The notes under the pieces were generated by a model that worked only from the letters and a program-made list of their open reading frames with translations, searched no databases and had not been told where the DNA came from. A program made the position numbers and the translations under genes. This document shows, piece by piece, positions 27,567 through 37,144 of a DNA stretch of 64,000 nt. The stretch's first letter is position 1. Every line of letters begins with the position of its first letter. The stretch is taken from the IMG/VR virus record IMGVR_UViG_2681813421_000002, positions 22,586 to 86,585 of that record; one strand, given 5' to 3'. This stretch comes from a virus. Lineage: Duplodnaviria; Heunggongvirae; Uroviricota; Caudoviricetes.

Positions 27567-28039
27567 TGTTTTTTAGCTCTCTGCGTGAAGGTGTAAACCC
27601 GACGTTTGATATGTGGAACGGTAGGAACAGGAAGACAGGAACTTTCAATAACTCCTTGCTCATCCAGCGATCGCACCGCCCGCAAGAACTGCGACGTGTC
27701 GCCGCCAAACTGGCGGGCATAGGTGCTGCCGTTATGAAGTATTTGAGCTATTACCCGAGTTTTTGTCTGGCTGTCACGATATGCGAATAGCCGCACGGCC
27801 TCTTCTGGCGCAATCGCTAACTGATAGCCTTTCCCGGCACGGTGTCGAATGAATCCATGCGCCAGTAGGTTTTTGAGTTCGTTACGAGTGCGAACAGATC
27901 CGTAACCCAGGAAGTGTGGATTGATAACGACTGGCTTAAACCATTCCGTAGGTGCTTTAGCTAATAGAGCTAACAGCTTCCCGGATAATTCTGGATAGGA
28001 AGACGGGTAACAATTCAGAGATGGGTAATAAGTTTTCAC
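27563..28039 (-). CDS. Hypothetical protein
   Basis: 158 aa ORF in operon. Confidence 0.45.
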   Translation of the reverse strand: MKTYYPSLNCYPSSYPELSGKLLALLAKAPTEWFKPVVINPHFLGYGSVRTRNELKNLLAHGFIRHRAGKGYQLAIAPEEAVRLFAYRDSQTKTRVIAQILHNGSTYARQFGGDTSQFLRAVRSLDEQGVIESSCLPVPTVPHIKRRVYTFTQRAKKQ

Positions 28040-28380
28040 CGACGCCCCCTTGCAGGATATCGACCTGCATTAGTATCCGGTGCAATAAAGCCGGTAGTGG
28101 GGCGAGTGAAAGCGAGATTAATCTTCTCGACCATAGTGCGATAATTTTCCTGATAGTGGGCCAGGAGTTTTTCGGCGGCAATGATGGTTACTTTCCGGAC
28201 GTAGCTTTCTGCTTCCTCCAGATTTCGCCAGTTTTTTTCGAGGGTAAACACAGGGACGGCCTCAAGCCCGGTCATGATGCCGAACACAACGACAGCATGA
28301 CTGTTCTTAACACCAGCGGCGAAGGTTACGGTGTAACCATCCACCTTGAAGCGTCTTGATTCCGTGATTTGACTCTGCAA
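28036..28380 (-). CDS. Hypothetical protein (first gene of operon downstream of cre)
   Basis: 114 aa ORF immediately downstream of operator-like motif. Confidence 0.45.
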   Translation of the reverse strand: MQSQITESRRFKVDGYTVTFAAGVKNSHAVVVFGIMTGLEAVPVFTLEKNWRNLEEAESYVRKVTIIAAEKLLAHYQENYRTMVEKINLAFTRPTTGFIAPDTNAGRYPARGRR

Positions 28381-28435
28381 AGCACCCTCCTAAATAGGCG
28401 AGGGTACTTTACAGCAAAGATGTTAATCTAAAAAG

Positions 28436-28455
28436 ATGTGTTAGAAATTTAATTT
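28436..28455 (-). promoter_or_regulatory. Operator-like motif (AATTAAATTTCTAACACATC on minus strand)
   Basis: Between cre stop and start of the 114-aa gene. Confidence 0.5.
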
Positions 28456-29482
28456 ATAAATCCATCAGGCGGCTATTAGCCCCCACAGACACGCCGCCAC
28501 GGCGCAGATACCGCATAAGTGTTTCCGGTTTCTTCCAGGTTCCTTCCTGCATAATCTCCACCATAGAGACCTGCTTTTCAGCCATATCGATAGCGGCCCC
28601 GACGCGTGCACTATGCCCGGTCCACGTCCGGTATCTTCCTTTGTTTGGCGTAGCATCTCCTTTATTCAGCAACACCCAGGCGTCGCTGAATATTTTCTCC
28701 ATTGCAGGTGCAGTAAGGGGCGTTATCGTGATCCTGGCCTTATTGCTACGGTGTATCGGCGGGAACAGCACTGCGTCAGGATGTTCGCGAAGCCCGGAAA
28801 CATCCAGCCAGTCATTCAGCACAGCGGTAGTGCGACGGGAAAGCACCTTATCAAGCCCGGCGGCGGTCGTTATTGTCTTCGTGTGTGAAATATGTAGCGT
28901 GACAGTGTCACCTGTTTGGTCCAGATCTCCTACACGAATACGCGAGATTTCCGACATACGCATCAGCGTATTGTATGCAACAAAGAGAAAAGCCCGGTTG
29001 CGCAGGTCCACCAGCCGTTCAGACCTGGACAACAGGACGTCGAGCAGTTTCAGATCGTCCCACCGCAGCGGTATAGCCTGGCCTGTTCGTTCGCCTTTTT
29101 CAGTTGCCGCTTCGCGCCGGATGCGCCGCATAGCCAGAGAAACACTTTTATCATCCGAAAGTGGTGGAAGGCCACAATGCGAAAGCAGCATGTTCAGCAT
29201 GGCGTAGTGCTTATCAATGGTGGTCGAAGCCAGATCGGCATCATGCAGCTGAAGAAAATACTCGCGGGCCATTTCTGGTGAGATCGGAAACCAGGCAAGC
29301 TGGCGAGCGTGACACCAGCGCGCCCAGGAATGAAACACCAAACGGAGGTCGCGCAGAGTATTCGGCGCATAAGCTCCCTGGTCATTCATGAACCGCATAA
29401 AGTTTTCTGCGGCTTCCTGGTACTCTTTGCCAATGTTGCGCAGAAAACCACCGGAACTGCCAGAGATAATTAATTCACCCAT
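28454..29482 (-). CDS. cre: Cre-family tyrosine recombinase (diverged from P1 Cre)
   Basis: 342 aa; colinear with P1 Cre including catalytic-region motifs (AYNTLMRMSEISRIRVGDL; WTGHSARVGAA; GTW; MRYLR) but many substitutions. Confidence 0.85.
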   Translation of the reverse strand: MGELIISGSSGGFLRNIGKEYQEAAENFMRFMNDQGAYAPNTLRDLRLVFHSWARWCHARQLAWFPISPEMAREYFLQLHDADLASTTIDKHYAMLNMLLSHCGLPPLSDDKSVSLAMRRIRREAATEKGERTGQAIPLRWDDLKLLDVLLSRSERLVDLRNRAFLFVAYNTLMRMSEISRIRVGDLDQTGDTVTLHISHTKTITTAAGLDKVLSRRTTAVLNDWLDVSGLREHPDAVLFPPIHRSNKARITITPLTAPAMEKIFSDAWVLLNKGDATPNKGRYRTWTGHSARVGAAIDMAEKQVSMVEIMQEGTWKKPETLMRYLRRGGVSVGANSRLMDL

Positions 29483-29633
29483 GAAACTATTTGACCTCTA
29501 TATACAGATGACGCTACGCGAAAAATATAAAAATGACAGGGTAGCTATAAGTTAATTTTCAAAATACAAGCCTTTGATTCGAGGCACGTATTTTCAGTGA
29601 TGTCAACACTGTTCATCTACACATGATTATAGC

Positions 29634-29667
29634 CTAACTTTAAATAATGCCAATTATTTAAAGTTAT
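29634..29667. other. lox-like recombination site (13-bp inverted arms, 8-bp spacer)
   Basis: CTAACTTTAAATA-ATGCCAAT-TATTTAAAGTTAT; same architecture and partial identity with loxP, located about 150 bp upstream of cre. Confidence 0.65.
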
Positions 29668-29762
29668 AAAATGCCGATTTTTTTTAATCCATCATAGATT
29701 GATGATGACCAGTAACACGTTGCCTTCATGGTCTTTAATTTGCGAAGTGTGGTTTCTACGGT

Positions 29763-29779
29763 TGGTTTTCTAAAATTGA
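29763..29779 (+). promoter_or_regulatory. Operator-like motif (TTGGTTTTCTAAAATTG)
   Basis: Variant core TTTCTAAAA upstream of repressor-candidate gene. Confidence 0.35.
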
Positions 29780-29845
29780 TGACAAAAAATCACAGTTCGA
29801 TCCTTTACTCACCCTGTTATTCGACATAAATTTGTCATAGTAATT

Positions 29846-29864
29846 TTATGTTAGAAAACTAAAT
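29846..29864 (-). promoter_or_regulatory. Operator-like motif (ATTTAGTTTTCTAACATAAA on minus strand)
   Basis: 13 bp upstream of the start codon of 29877-30914. Confidence 0.5.
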
Positions 29865-29876
29865 CGAGTAGGAATA

Positions 29877-30914
29877 ATGAGTAAGAAGTCGATCGAGAAA
29901 GAGTACAAACGGTTCCTGCAAACCGCTGAACGGTGGAAAGAGCTGGTGGTCGCAAACTCTGTTTTCCATGATACCAGTTATGCTGGCGAGGAATTCCGCC
30001 ATGTTGCATTAACGCATGACCAAAACATATTAGAAGAAGCTGAAAAATGTCTTGCTGAATGGAAAGCCTTCGTTGACATGTGCCGCGATGCCGACGGCAA
30101 AGCGTCGAACATTGTTGAGTCTGTATATTCTCCGATCCCATTCATCATTGAGGACACCAATCAAAGCACGCATGTCGTTGTGCAAAGCGCTACAACAACA
30201 CGTACATTTACACGTGAACAATTGCTAAAAAAATACGACAAAATCATAAAGAAAAGCCTGAAAAATAGGGTTTTTTCTCAAATCGTAGGTGCTCTTGAAG
30301 AAGAACAGCGCTTCTTTGAAGCTGAGCCTGAAGGCGAGATCTACCGGGCGCGTAAAGAGGCATATACAGATGTTGTGCTGACAACAAACATCGAAGGCAG
30401 CAATGCCCTTTCTCGCTTTAGAGTTGGCGCACATGGCGCATTGGTTTTCGCAAGACTACCGAAGACAACGATCCCCGTTGTCAATAATGTTGGTGAACGC
30501 CGGAGCATTACAATTTATTCTGGCGTCGAATCGGTACCATGCAGCCTTCTCGGCGATTTTAACTTATATCGTGTTCGTGACCTGGAAAAACACCAGCCAA
30601 GCTACGTTGCGAAGTCGTACATCTTAAGGAACATCGATATTCGCAATGAAAGCCTTAAGCAGAAATCCGCTAAGATGCTGGAGGATGCCGATCCGGCTAT
30701 TCGCCATATCATTGAACGTAAGATACGTACATCACGTGAAGCAATGGCAAGGTTGGATAAAATGGATCTGGAATTGTTAGACGTAATGATGGCCTCTGGA
30801 GACGACCTGACCGGCATTAAACTGAATGAAGCTCGTAAAAAATACGGCAAAGCAATCGAAGAACGTTACGGATACACATTCCCCCAAACGCAGTACGCCG
30901 CGAAGCTCTGGTAA
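29877..30914 (+). CDS. Candidate C1-type immunity repressor (positional analog of P1 c1)
   Basis: 345 aa; lies between lox/cre and pacB, convergent with pacB, flanked upstream by two operator-like motifs; I do not recognise the protein sequence itself. Confidence 0.4.
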   Translation: MSKKSIEKEYKRFLQTAERWKELVVANSVFHDTSYAGEEFRHVALTHDQNILEEAEKCLAEWKAFVDMCRDADGKASNIVESVYSPIPFIIEDTNQSTHVVVQSATTTRTFTREQLLKKYDKIIKKSLKNRVFSQIVGALEEEQRFFEAEPEGEIYRARKEAYTDVVLTTNIEGSNALSRFRVGAHGALVFARLPKTTIPVVNNVGERRSITIYSGVESVPCSLLGDFNLYRVRDLEKHQPSYVAKSYILRNIDIRNESLKQKSAKMLEDADPAIRHIIERKIRTSREAMARLDKMDLELLDVMMASGDDLTGIKLNEARKKYGKAIEERYGYTFPQTQYAAKLW

Positions 30915-30923
30915 TCACAACCG

Positions 30924-30946
30924 GCCCCGCATCGCGGGGCTTTTAT
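30924..30946 (+). terminator. Rho-independent terminator
   Basis: GCCCCGC-ATC-GCGGGGC followed by TTTTAT. Confidence 0.55.
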
Positions 30947-32451
30947 ATATCCAGATCCGGCATTTCGATATCCGCCAGAACCTGATCTCGGAAAGTTGCC
31001 ATTTCGGCACCAATATCTTCATTAGCAGGCACATAGTCCACCAGCATAGTGAAGCAGTAGGTATCCCATCGGTCAGGCGATTTGATGTTTAGCTTTTGCC
31101 GCATGTGCTCTTTGCGCATCATCGCCATTTTCCCTTCCTCATTCAGTAAAAAGGGGATTTTTGACGCTTGCTCTGCCGTTTTAGGGTCACTGTCTATCCG
31201 CATACGCCCTGACTTTATGGCATCACGCGCCATAATATTTGCGTAGGCACGCTGATTAACAAATCGCTCCCTGTCTTTGTTCGCAAACATGGGTTTTCCC
31301 CACCGAATACGTACCGGGTTCGCACCACGACGTACCAACTGCGCACACGTATCAGAACCAAAACCATCGGCATCAACCGCGATTGTTATATTCGGGTATT
31401 TTTCCGGCGTACATTCGTTATATATAAAGTCAGCAAAGGCCAATGGGTCCATAGTGCCAGGCATCTCCATTACCTTAAAGTTAACAACGCGCCGCTTATC
31501 CCTGTGACCAGATACCTTGCAGATGTTGAGGACCGACTTATCTCGCCCATTACCAACGTCAGCCGTTGCCACCCATCCCCAGTTTTTCTCCAACAACACC
31601 TTGCGGCGAGCAGCGCGATCGCATTCATCACGACCAAGCAAATAGCCGTTAATTTCTCGTGGGAACTGACCAAGCACCTTGACCATATACTCAATAGAAT
31701 CGCGCCCACCATATTCCAGAAGCTTCTGCCTGATGAATTGTGGTGTGACGAACGGTGATTCTTCCGAGTTAAGAACAATTGCTGTCCAGATCCCTTTCGG
31801 GTTGTCTGGGGTTTTTGCTTGAGAATGGTGCGAATCGTAGAAATAACCACTTGGCCTTGTTGGCTGGGATAGCATCAACATCCGGTTATCTTCTTCAGTA
31901 AGAGCACCGGTCATTACGCCGATCGCCTTATCAGATATACCAGATGCTTCATCCAGAATTAGAAGCAAATGTGCCGCATGTTCCCCCGCCAGCGCTTCTT
32001 CGTTGCCGAGTCGATAACCTTTGCAGAGAACTTCCCAAATCCCCTTACGGGAGCGCTCATAAAACATGGTGTCAGAGAGGACAAAATAGGTCTGCAACCA
32101 CCCATGACGCTTAACTGCATTCGCCCAATACTGTTTAACGTATTTGAATACGCCTGTTTTTACCTGGCCTATCTTGTTAGCAACAATGATGACACGGGCA
32201 TCGGGGAACAGGATCATAAAAATCAACAGCAACATCGCGGTAAGGGACGACTTCCCAGTTCCGTGTCCGGACGTGACGGTCGTCCTACTCCCCGTTTCCT
32301 GCACGGACTGAATGATCTGCTGCTGCTGGTGGGAGGGGAACATCCCAAAAATATCGACAACAGCCTGGGTAAAGTTGTAGCGGTATTTGATTACCATATC
32401 GCGCCAGCGTGGATCGCTGGTGACGCATTTAATCTTGCGCCCTCCAGCCAT
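30943..32451 (-). CDS. pacB: Terminase large subunit (PacB-like)
   Basis: 502 aa; Walker A GHGTGKSS, Walker B LLLILDEA, C-terminal nuclease-type acidic residues. Confidence 0.85.
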   Translation of the reverse strand: MAGGRKIKCVTSDPRWRDMVIKYRYNFTQAVVDIFGMFPSHQQQQIIQSVQETGSRTTVTSGHGTGKSSLTAMLLLIFMILFPDARVIIVANKIGQVKTGVFKYVKQYWANAVKRHGWLQTYFVLSDTMFYERSRKGIWEVLCKGYRLGNEEALAGEHAAHLLLILDEASGISDKAIGVMTGALTEEDNRMLMLSQPTRPSGYFYDSHHSQAKTPDNPKGIWTAIVLNSEESPFVTPQFIRQKLLEYGGRDSIEYMVKVLGQFPREINGYLLGRDECDRAARRKVLLEKNWGWVATADVGNGRDKSVLNICKVSGHRDKRRVVNFKVMEMPGTMDPLAFADFIYNECTPEKYPNITIAVDADGFGSDTCAQLVRRGANPVRIRWGKPMFANKDRERFVNQRAYANIMARDAIKSGRMRIDSDPKTAEQASKIPFLLNEEGKMAMMRKEHMRQKLNIKSPDRWDTYCFTMLVDYVPANEDIGAEMATFRDQVLADIEMPDLDI

Positions 32452-33815
32452 TAATCATCCTCCGGCGGTTCTATCGCGATATCTTCATCTCCGGCGTCAT
32501 ACCCTGCATCAGATGCATCATAATCACCGTAAATTTCAGCCGTTGCCGAAGGGTCAATATCCAGCTCTTCGTCGTTGGCCTCGAATTCTCCAGCTTTACG
32601 CTCGCCATTGCGGTCGTAATCTCCGCACCCCAATTCTTCAACAATGGTTGCCACATCCGCCCGGCGCTCTGCCAGCCATTGCGGATGGTTAGCCTGAAGC
32701 GTCGCAAACTCCCTTGCCTCTTTGTCCAGCTGTTCATCATCAACATCATTGACGTCAGAAACAGGTGGTTCGAGAAGAGTGATAGCTTTCGCCGCGCGCG
32801 CCGCGAGGATAGCCGGGACGCTGACCCCCTGGCGCTCGATGTATTCAGCAACACCGATATCATCCAGTTCCTCGCGCTCACGCATACGTATAGCGGCGGC
32901 GATAACTCTGGCTGCGCGTGCGTCAGCGCCAATGCGATATTCAATCTCTTTGCCACGCTGTTCGGCCTGTAGGCGTGCTAATTCGAGTTTTTCTCTGGCC
33001 TCAGCCTCTTTGAATGCTTGCTGGCGAGCGCTCTGACGAAGCTTTTCATCCCCCTGTCGCAGCTTTTGTTCGGACTGATATATAGCTGCCAACCTACTGA
33101 TAAAATCATTCATGTAGTAGGCAGCGTCACTGATTAGACCGAGAAGGCGCTGCCCAGGGTGCATTCCTTCTGGCTCTTTATCGCCCAAGGCGTCTATTTC
33201 CGCCTGTAGACGTTCGGCCTCCTGATCAACAATGCTTTGATACTGAAGTGCGCGCTCTTGCGCCATTTGAATTGCTAACCGCAGGTGTTCTTCTGCGCCG
33301 TTCTTCATCATATCGCGAGCCACATTCGTAGTGGGCAATGTGGCACGCTGCACAGCACCGCCAGGGATCATTGCTGAAGATCCCTCAATTTTTGGGGCGC
33401 TTTTATCTTCTTCGGGGATCATTTTCGCCATTTTTTCGCGCAATGATCTCCTGACAGATTCTTTTATCTCATTGTTATTATTTGCATTATTTTCATGATC
33501 CGAAGTTTTCTTTCTCGGCATACTTCGGAAAGAACCTGCGCCCTGCGAATTGTCAATTTCTGTAAATTTTGTTTTTTCTGCACCCTCTTCCAGCTTTTTT
33601 GTTGCTCTTCCCGCCCGTTTTTTTTCAGGTGATTTGGTGCTTTTTTTTGTTGTCTTTACCTGCGACCGCACCTCATTTTTTTTCATATTGAGATGCTTTC
33701 TGGCTGTATTGAAGCTAAGGCCATGCTCCTCACAGTATTCCTTTACAGTGATCCCTTTTTCTTCACGCAACGCTATAAAGCGGGCGCGGTGCTCCTCCCA
33801 ATTAACCAGACTCAT
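32451..33815 (-). CDS. pacA: Terminase small subunit/pac-recognition protein (PacA-like)
   Basis: 454 aa; N-terminal HTH-like region, acidic C-terminus, 1-bp stop/start overlap with pacB, internal GATC cluster. Confidence 0.7.
   Translation of the reverse strand: MSLVNWEEHRARFIALREEKGITVKEYCEEHGLSFNTARKHLNMKKNEVRSQVKTTKKSTKSPEKKRAGRATKKLEEGAEKTKFTEIDNSQGAGSFRSMPRKKTSDHENNANNNNEIKESVRRSLREKMAKMIPEEDKSAPKIEGSSAMIPGGAVQRATLPTTNVARDMMKNGAEEHLRLAIQMAQERALQYQSIVDQEAERLQAEIDALGDKEPEGMHPGQRLLGLISDAAYYMNDFISRLAAIYQSEQKLRQGDEKLRQSARQQAFKEAEAREKLELARLQAEQRGKEIEYRIGADARAARVIAAAIRMREREELDDIGVAEYIERQGVSVPAILAARAAKAITLLEPPVSDVNDVDDEQLDKEAREFATLQANHPQWLAERRADVATIVEELGCGDYDRNGERKAGEFEANDEELDIDPSATAEIYGDYDASDAGYDAGDEDIAIEPPEDD
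33360..33505. other. pac-like packaging site: cluster of five GATC-containing elements within pacA
   Basis: GATC at 33366, 33379, 33417, 33445 and 33497, several as TGATC(C/T) in both orientations; reminiscent of the P1 pac hexamer repeats. Confidence 0.4.
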
Positions 33816-34204
33816 AAAGCAACACCACGCTTTTTAACGGCGGCATTCCACAGCTTATTCGCCATGTCCACCAGCTCTCGTTGCTCTTTTCGCGCCTGTT
33901 CGACTGATTTCCTGCTACAGTTTTTAACCAGTAAGCTACCGTATTCAGGCGTGCGCCCGCGCACCTTGAACTGATATCCGTTCAGGCCATGCAACCAGTA
34001 TTTCCGTGGGTAAACACGATCATCAAGCTCACAAATAGCTCGGCTTGACCGCACAAAATGCCGAATGATGTTGGTTACACTTACGCGTGAAACATGAAGG
34101 TGAGGATATTTTTCTTTAGCTAGAGTGGTGATTTCGGTGACTGTCAGATAGCAGTCAGCCCTAATCATGATATCCGCAATTTCTGCGCTGCTGATATGCT
34201 CCAT
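33812..34204 (-). CDS. Lpa-like late promoter activator (positional call)
   Basis: 130 aa gene immediately upstream of pacA with an operator-like motif in its promoter, as for P1 lpa. Confidence 0.4.
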   Translation of the reverse strand: MEHISSAEIADIMIRADCYLTVTEITTLAKEKYPHLHVSRVSVTNIIRHFVRSSRAICELDDRVYPRKYWLHGLNGYQFKVRGRTPEYGSLLVKNCSRKSVEQARKEQRELVDMANKLWNAAVKKRGVAL

Positions 34205-34280
34205 TAATCCCCCAGGCAGGAAATGACCGAGGGGATGATAATGAGAATGTTATTTCTGTATAGACTGGCAAAAAGTTGGT

Positions 34281-34315
34281 TATATTAGAAAATTAATTCC
34301 ATTCATCTAACACTA
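34281..34315. promoter_or_regulatory. Operator-like dyad (TATTAGAAAATTAATT ... TCATCTAACACTA)
   Basis: Two core motifs in inverted orientation upstream of the lpa-like gene. Confidence 0.5.
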
Positions 34316-34705
34316 CCAGCGAGATAAGCGAACGACGTGTTTTACCTTAGCGATCCACTTACCACGTGAGTTATTAATTACGGCCTGCGCCACCTTTAAG
34401 CTGACTTCAAAATCAGCCTTACGACCATCAGAATCCACCAGCGTTGCACCGTCTATTTCCGGCAGGCTTAAATAATCCTGTTCTACCTCTAATGGCATTG
34501 ACGGCTCTCTGAATGGTGTCAATTGCCGAGCTTTCCAGATAAAGCGAACTCTCAATCCCCTATAAGCCATTACCATGTAGCCTGTTATCGTGCTCTTATG
34601 GCCTGCATCAGTACGCGCAGCATTACACGATACAATCTTACAGGTGACGATATTCCACTCCACATTGGATACTTCGTGAATGCTTAATTTTGTGGTCTCG
34701 TACAT
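34313..34705 (-). CDS. Hypothetical protein
   Basis: 130 aa ORF. Confidence 0.4.
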   Translation of the reverse strand: MYETTKLSIHEVSNVEWNIVTCKIVSCNAARTDAGHKSTITGYMVMAYRGLRVRFIWKARQLTPFREPSMPLEVEQDYLSLPEIDGATLVDSDGRKADFEVSLKVAQAVINNSRGKWIAKVKHVVRLSRW

Positions 34706-35280
34706 CAGAATGCCTCCCAGTCAGTCGCGATAATATCCACGCCAGTGGCGAACCAGTCTGTCTGTGCCTGTAAGTCTCCATTCATCATTACCAGCCGAGG
34801 CATAACCATCACATCGCACCCTTCCACAATATCGAATGCTTCTTCCGGCAGGAATTCGACGAGCTTTTCTTTGCTGCCTATACTGCCACGGAACATCGAC
34901 ATATAGCTCCCTTTAGGCCATGATGCCCGGCGGGCGTCAAGCCCCTTCATCATCCAGAACACGGCGGCAGAAAAATTGATGTTCTTTTTGGCGATGAAAA
35001 CATTATTGGCTTCTGTTTGCTTCAGAAACTTAATTAGCCTTGCCATCGACTCTGATAACGCTACGTATGGCTCATGATTGGCTGCGGACACGCTCACACC
35101 ATGTAATCCAACACTGACTACCGTCATATCGCCGCTTTGAGCGGTTTCAATGTTGACACCTTTGCGAACTAACGAGGCATAAAGTTCCTCTCGCTTTTGT
35201 GTCCAGCGTTCCCGCTGACCGATGAAGTCACTCAATATGAGATCTGCTTCTGCATACGCGTTATCGTTCGCCGTTAACAT
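34705..35280 (-). CDS. Hypothetical protein
   Basis: 191 aa ORF, 1-bp overlap with downstream gene. Confidence 0.45.
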   Translation of the reverse strand: MLTANDNAYAEADLILSDFIGQRERWTQKREELYASLVRKGVNIETAQSGDMTVVSVGLHGVSVSAANHEPYVALSESMARLIKFLKQTEANNVFIAKKNINFSAAVFWMMKGLDARRASWPKGSYMSMFRGSIGSKEKLVEFLPEEAFDIVEGCDVMVMPRLVMMNGDLQAQTDWFATGVDIIATDWEAF

Positions 35281-35733
35281 AACGTCTCCTTTTTACACGC
35301 GCGACCATCCCTCGGTTAAACCGATAGAGATGTCGAAACTTCGTATTAATTAAGGGTTACAGCCTGAGCGGCTATATGATGAATTGAAAGGAGTTGTGGC
35401 GGTGGTGCCTCCACCTGCCAGGTTAGCCACTCCTGGCGACGTCACTTATCAGAACGTAGTGAATGAAAATGGCTTCGTCACGAGCGCATAGCCGCAATTA
35501 CCACAACGGAAACGGCGCTCACGCTAATTAAACGCCTTTTCCTGTTGTGCGCCGTACTCTTCCGGCTGTCACACCGAATCGCCAGGATGGTGAGTCCTCG
35601 GTCCGACGATATGAACGGGGCTTGCACATTCCGGCTACCTGGTTTGTTGCCTGAGCTAGGGGAAAAGGTAACCCCTTTAACGTCACCAGACCGCTAACGA
35701 CGCATGTGCCAGACGCCGTGTTACAACCAAATA

Positions 35734-35809
35734 TGGTGGCCCCTACCGGACTTGAACCGGTGACCGTGCGATTATGAGTCGCCAGCTCTAACCACTGAGC
35801 TAAAGGGCC
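35734..35809 (-). tRNA. tRNA with CAU anticodon, Ile2 (lysidine) type
   Basis: 76 nt with encoded CCA; near-identical in acceptor, D and anticodon arms to E. coli ileX-type tRNA as I recall it. Confidence 0.75.
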
Positions 35810-35836
35810 GGATTACTGCCAATTTTGCTTACGCTT

Positions 35837-36664
35837 TTATTTCACCGGAACAAACGGAACAGCGGCATTACTGGTCATATACTGCGGTAATGTACCGTTC
35901 CATTTGTTGATCGCTTCCAACTCCATAACACCGGGGTTCTGGCGCAGAGCTTCACCACGTAAACGAATGGCATCAGCTTCGGCCTGGGCTTTTGTGCGAA
36001 TAGCATCAGCCTGTCCGGCAGCTTCCGCGCGCAGCATGTTGGCCTCTGCTTCACGTTGTTTGACCTCTTGCTCGCGTTGCAGGGTTTTTTGGTTTGCCGT
36101 AACTTTGGCGTTAATACTGTCAATAACTGTTGGCGGATATTCTGGCTTACCTACATAAGAGAGGCTCATCACCTGAATGCCGATTGGCGTCATTTCTTCC
36201 TGAATGTCTTTAAGGGCTGCATCAAGCAATTCAGATTTGCCACCGTCGATAAATTTGTCGGTGGTCATTTTGCTGGCTAACCGGTTCAGAGCATCTGCAA
36301 CCTTCTGGCGTAGATCGGTATCAGTAATATCATCTACACCTTTGCGATAGGTCTGAAATACCGTTGTGACTTTTGCTGGATCAACCTTGTAGGCTACGCC
36401 GATGTGGTAACCAATGGTTGTTCCGTCGCTCATCTGGAAGCTGAACGGCTCATCGTATGTCTTCATTTGCTTAAAGGTCGGGAAGATATAAACTTCAGTA
36501 TTCAAGCCTGTCCAGTAGCGACCAACACCAACTACTTCACCGATACCTTTATCATCCCCCAGCTTATTTACTTTGATCCCTACGTTACCTGGCTCTACCC
36601 GATCGCATCCGGTCAGACATAAAGAACCCAAAATAATCGCTGCACTAATCAACGTTTTTTTCAT
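35837..36664 (-). CDS. plp: Prohibitin-like SPFH/band-7 lipoprotein (Plp)
   Basis: 275 aa; lipoprotein signal LISAAIILGSLCLTGC, SPFH-like core and Ala/Glu-rich coiled-coil tail. Confidence 0.75.
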   Translation of the reverse strand: MKKTLISAAIILGSLCLTGCDRVEPGNVGIKVNKLGDDKGIGEVVGVGRYWTGLNTEVYIFPTFKQMKTYDEPFSFQMSDGTTIGYHIGVAYKVDPAKVTTVFQTYRKGVDDITDTDLRQKVADALNRLASKMTTDKFIDGGKSELLDAALKDIQEEMTPIGIQVMSLSYVGKPEYPPTVIDSINAKVTANQKTLQREQEVKQREAEANMLRAEAAGQADAIRTKAQAEADAIRLRGEALRQNPGVMELEAINKWNGTLPQYMTSNAAVPFVPVK

Positions 36665-36881
36665 TAATTAATTTCCTGGTTTTTTCACGAAAAAAGACTA
36701 CTGCGAAAGCCGGGTAAATGAGCGCGAGAAGGACTCCCAACAATACAAGTATTGTGCTGTTAGATGAGATCATATTTGGCAAAAGCCAAACATACAGAAC
36801 CAGTGACACAATCAAACAGAGGACGGCATAAATATATAACCGCACCCATAGCGTTCGACATTTGTTCGGATTGTTCTGCAT
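36645..36881 (-). CDS. upl: Small membrane protein upstream of plp (Upl-like)
   Basis: 78 aa with two hydrophobic helices; overlaps plp start. Confidence 0.5.
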   Translation of the reverse strand: MQNNPNKCRTLWVRLYIYAVLCLIVSLVLYVWLLPNMISSNSTILVLLGVLLALIYPAFAVVFFREKTRKLINEKNVD

Positions 36882-37144
36882 CCTCTCACTCCATTATTTA
36901 ACGAATAAAAAAGCTGCGGTGCCGGGTACCTCCCGGTGTCCTTTGGCTGGTTATCCACCGTGGACGGGGAAACAAGGAGAAATGAATGGACTGATATAAC
37001 CATTTCCCCGCGTGCGCTTAGCCGCATTCACCGCAATGGTAAGAGCACTTGGCTGGCTGGGCGGCGATGACGCCTGTACGCATTTGGTGATCCGGTTCTG
37101 CTTCCGGCATTCGCTTAATTAGCCAAATACTCTTAACGTTGCAC

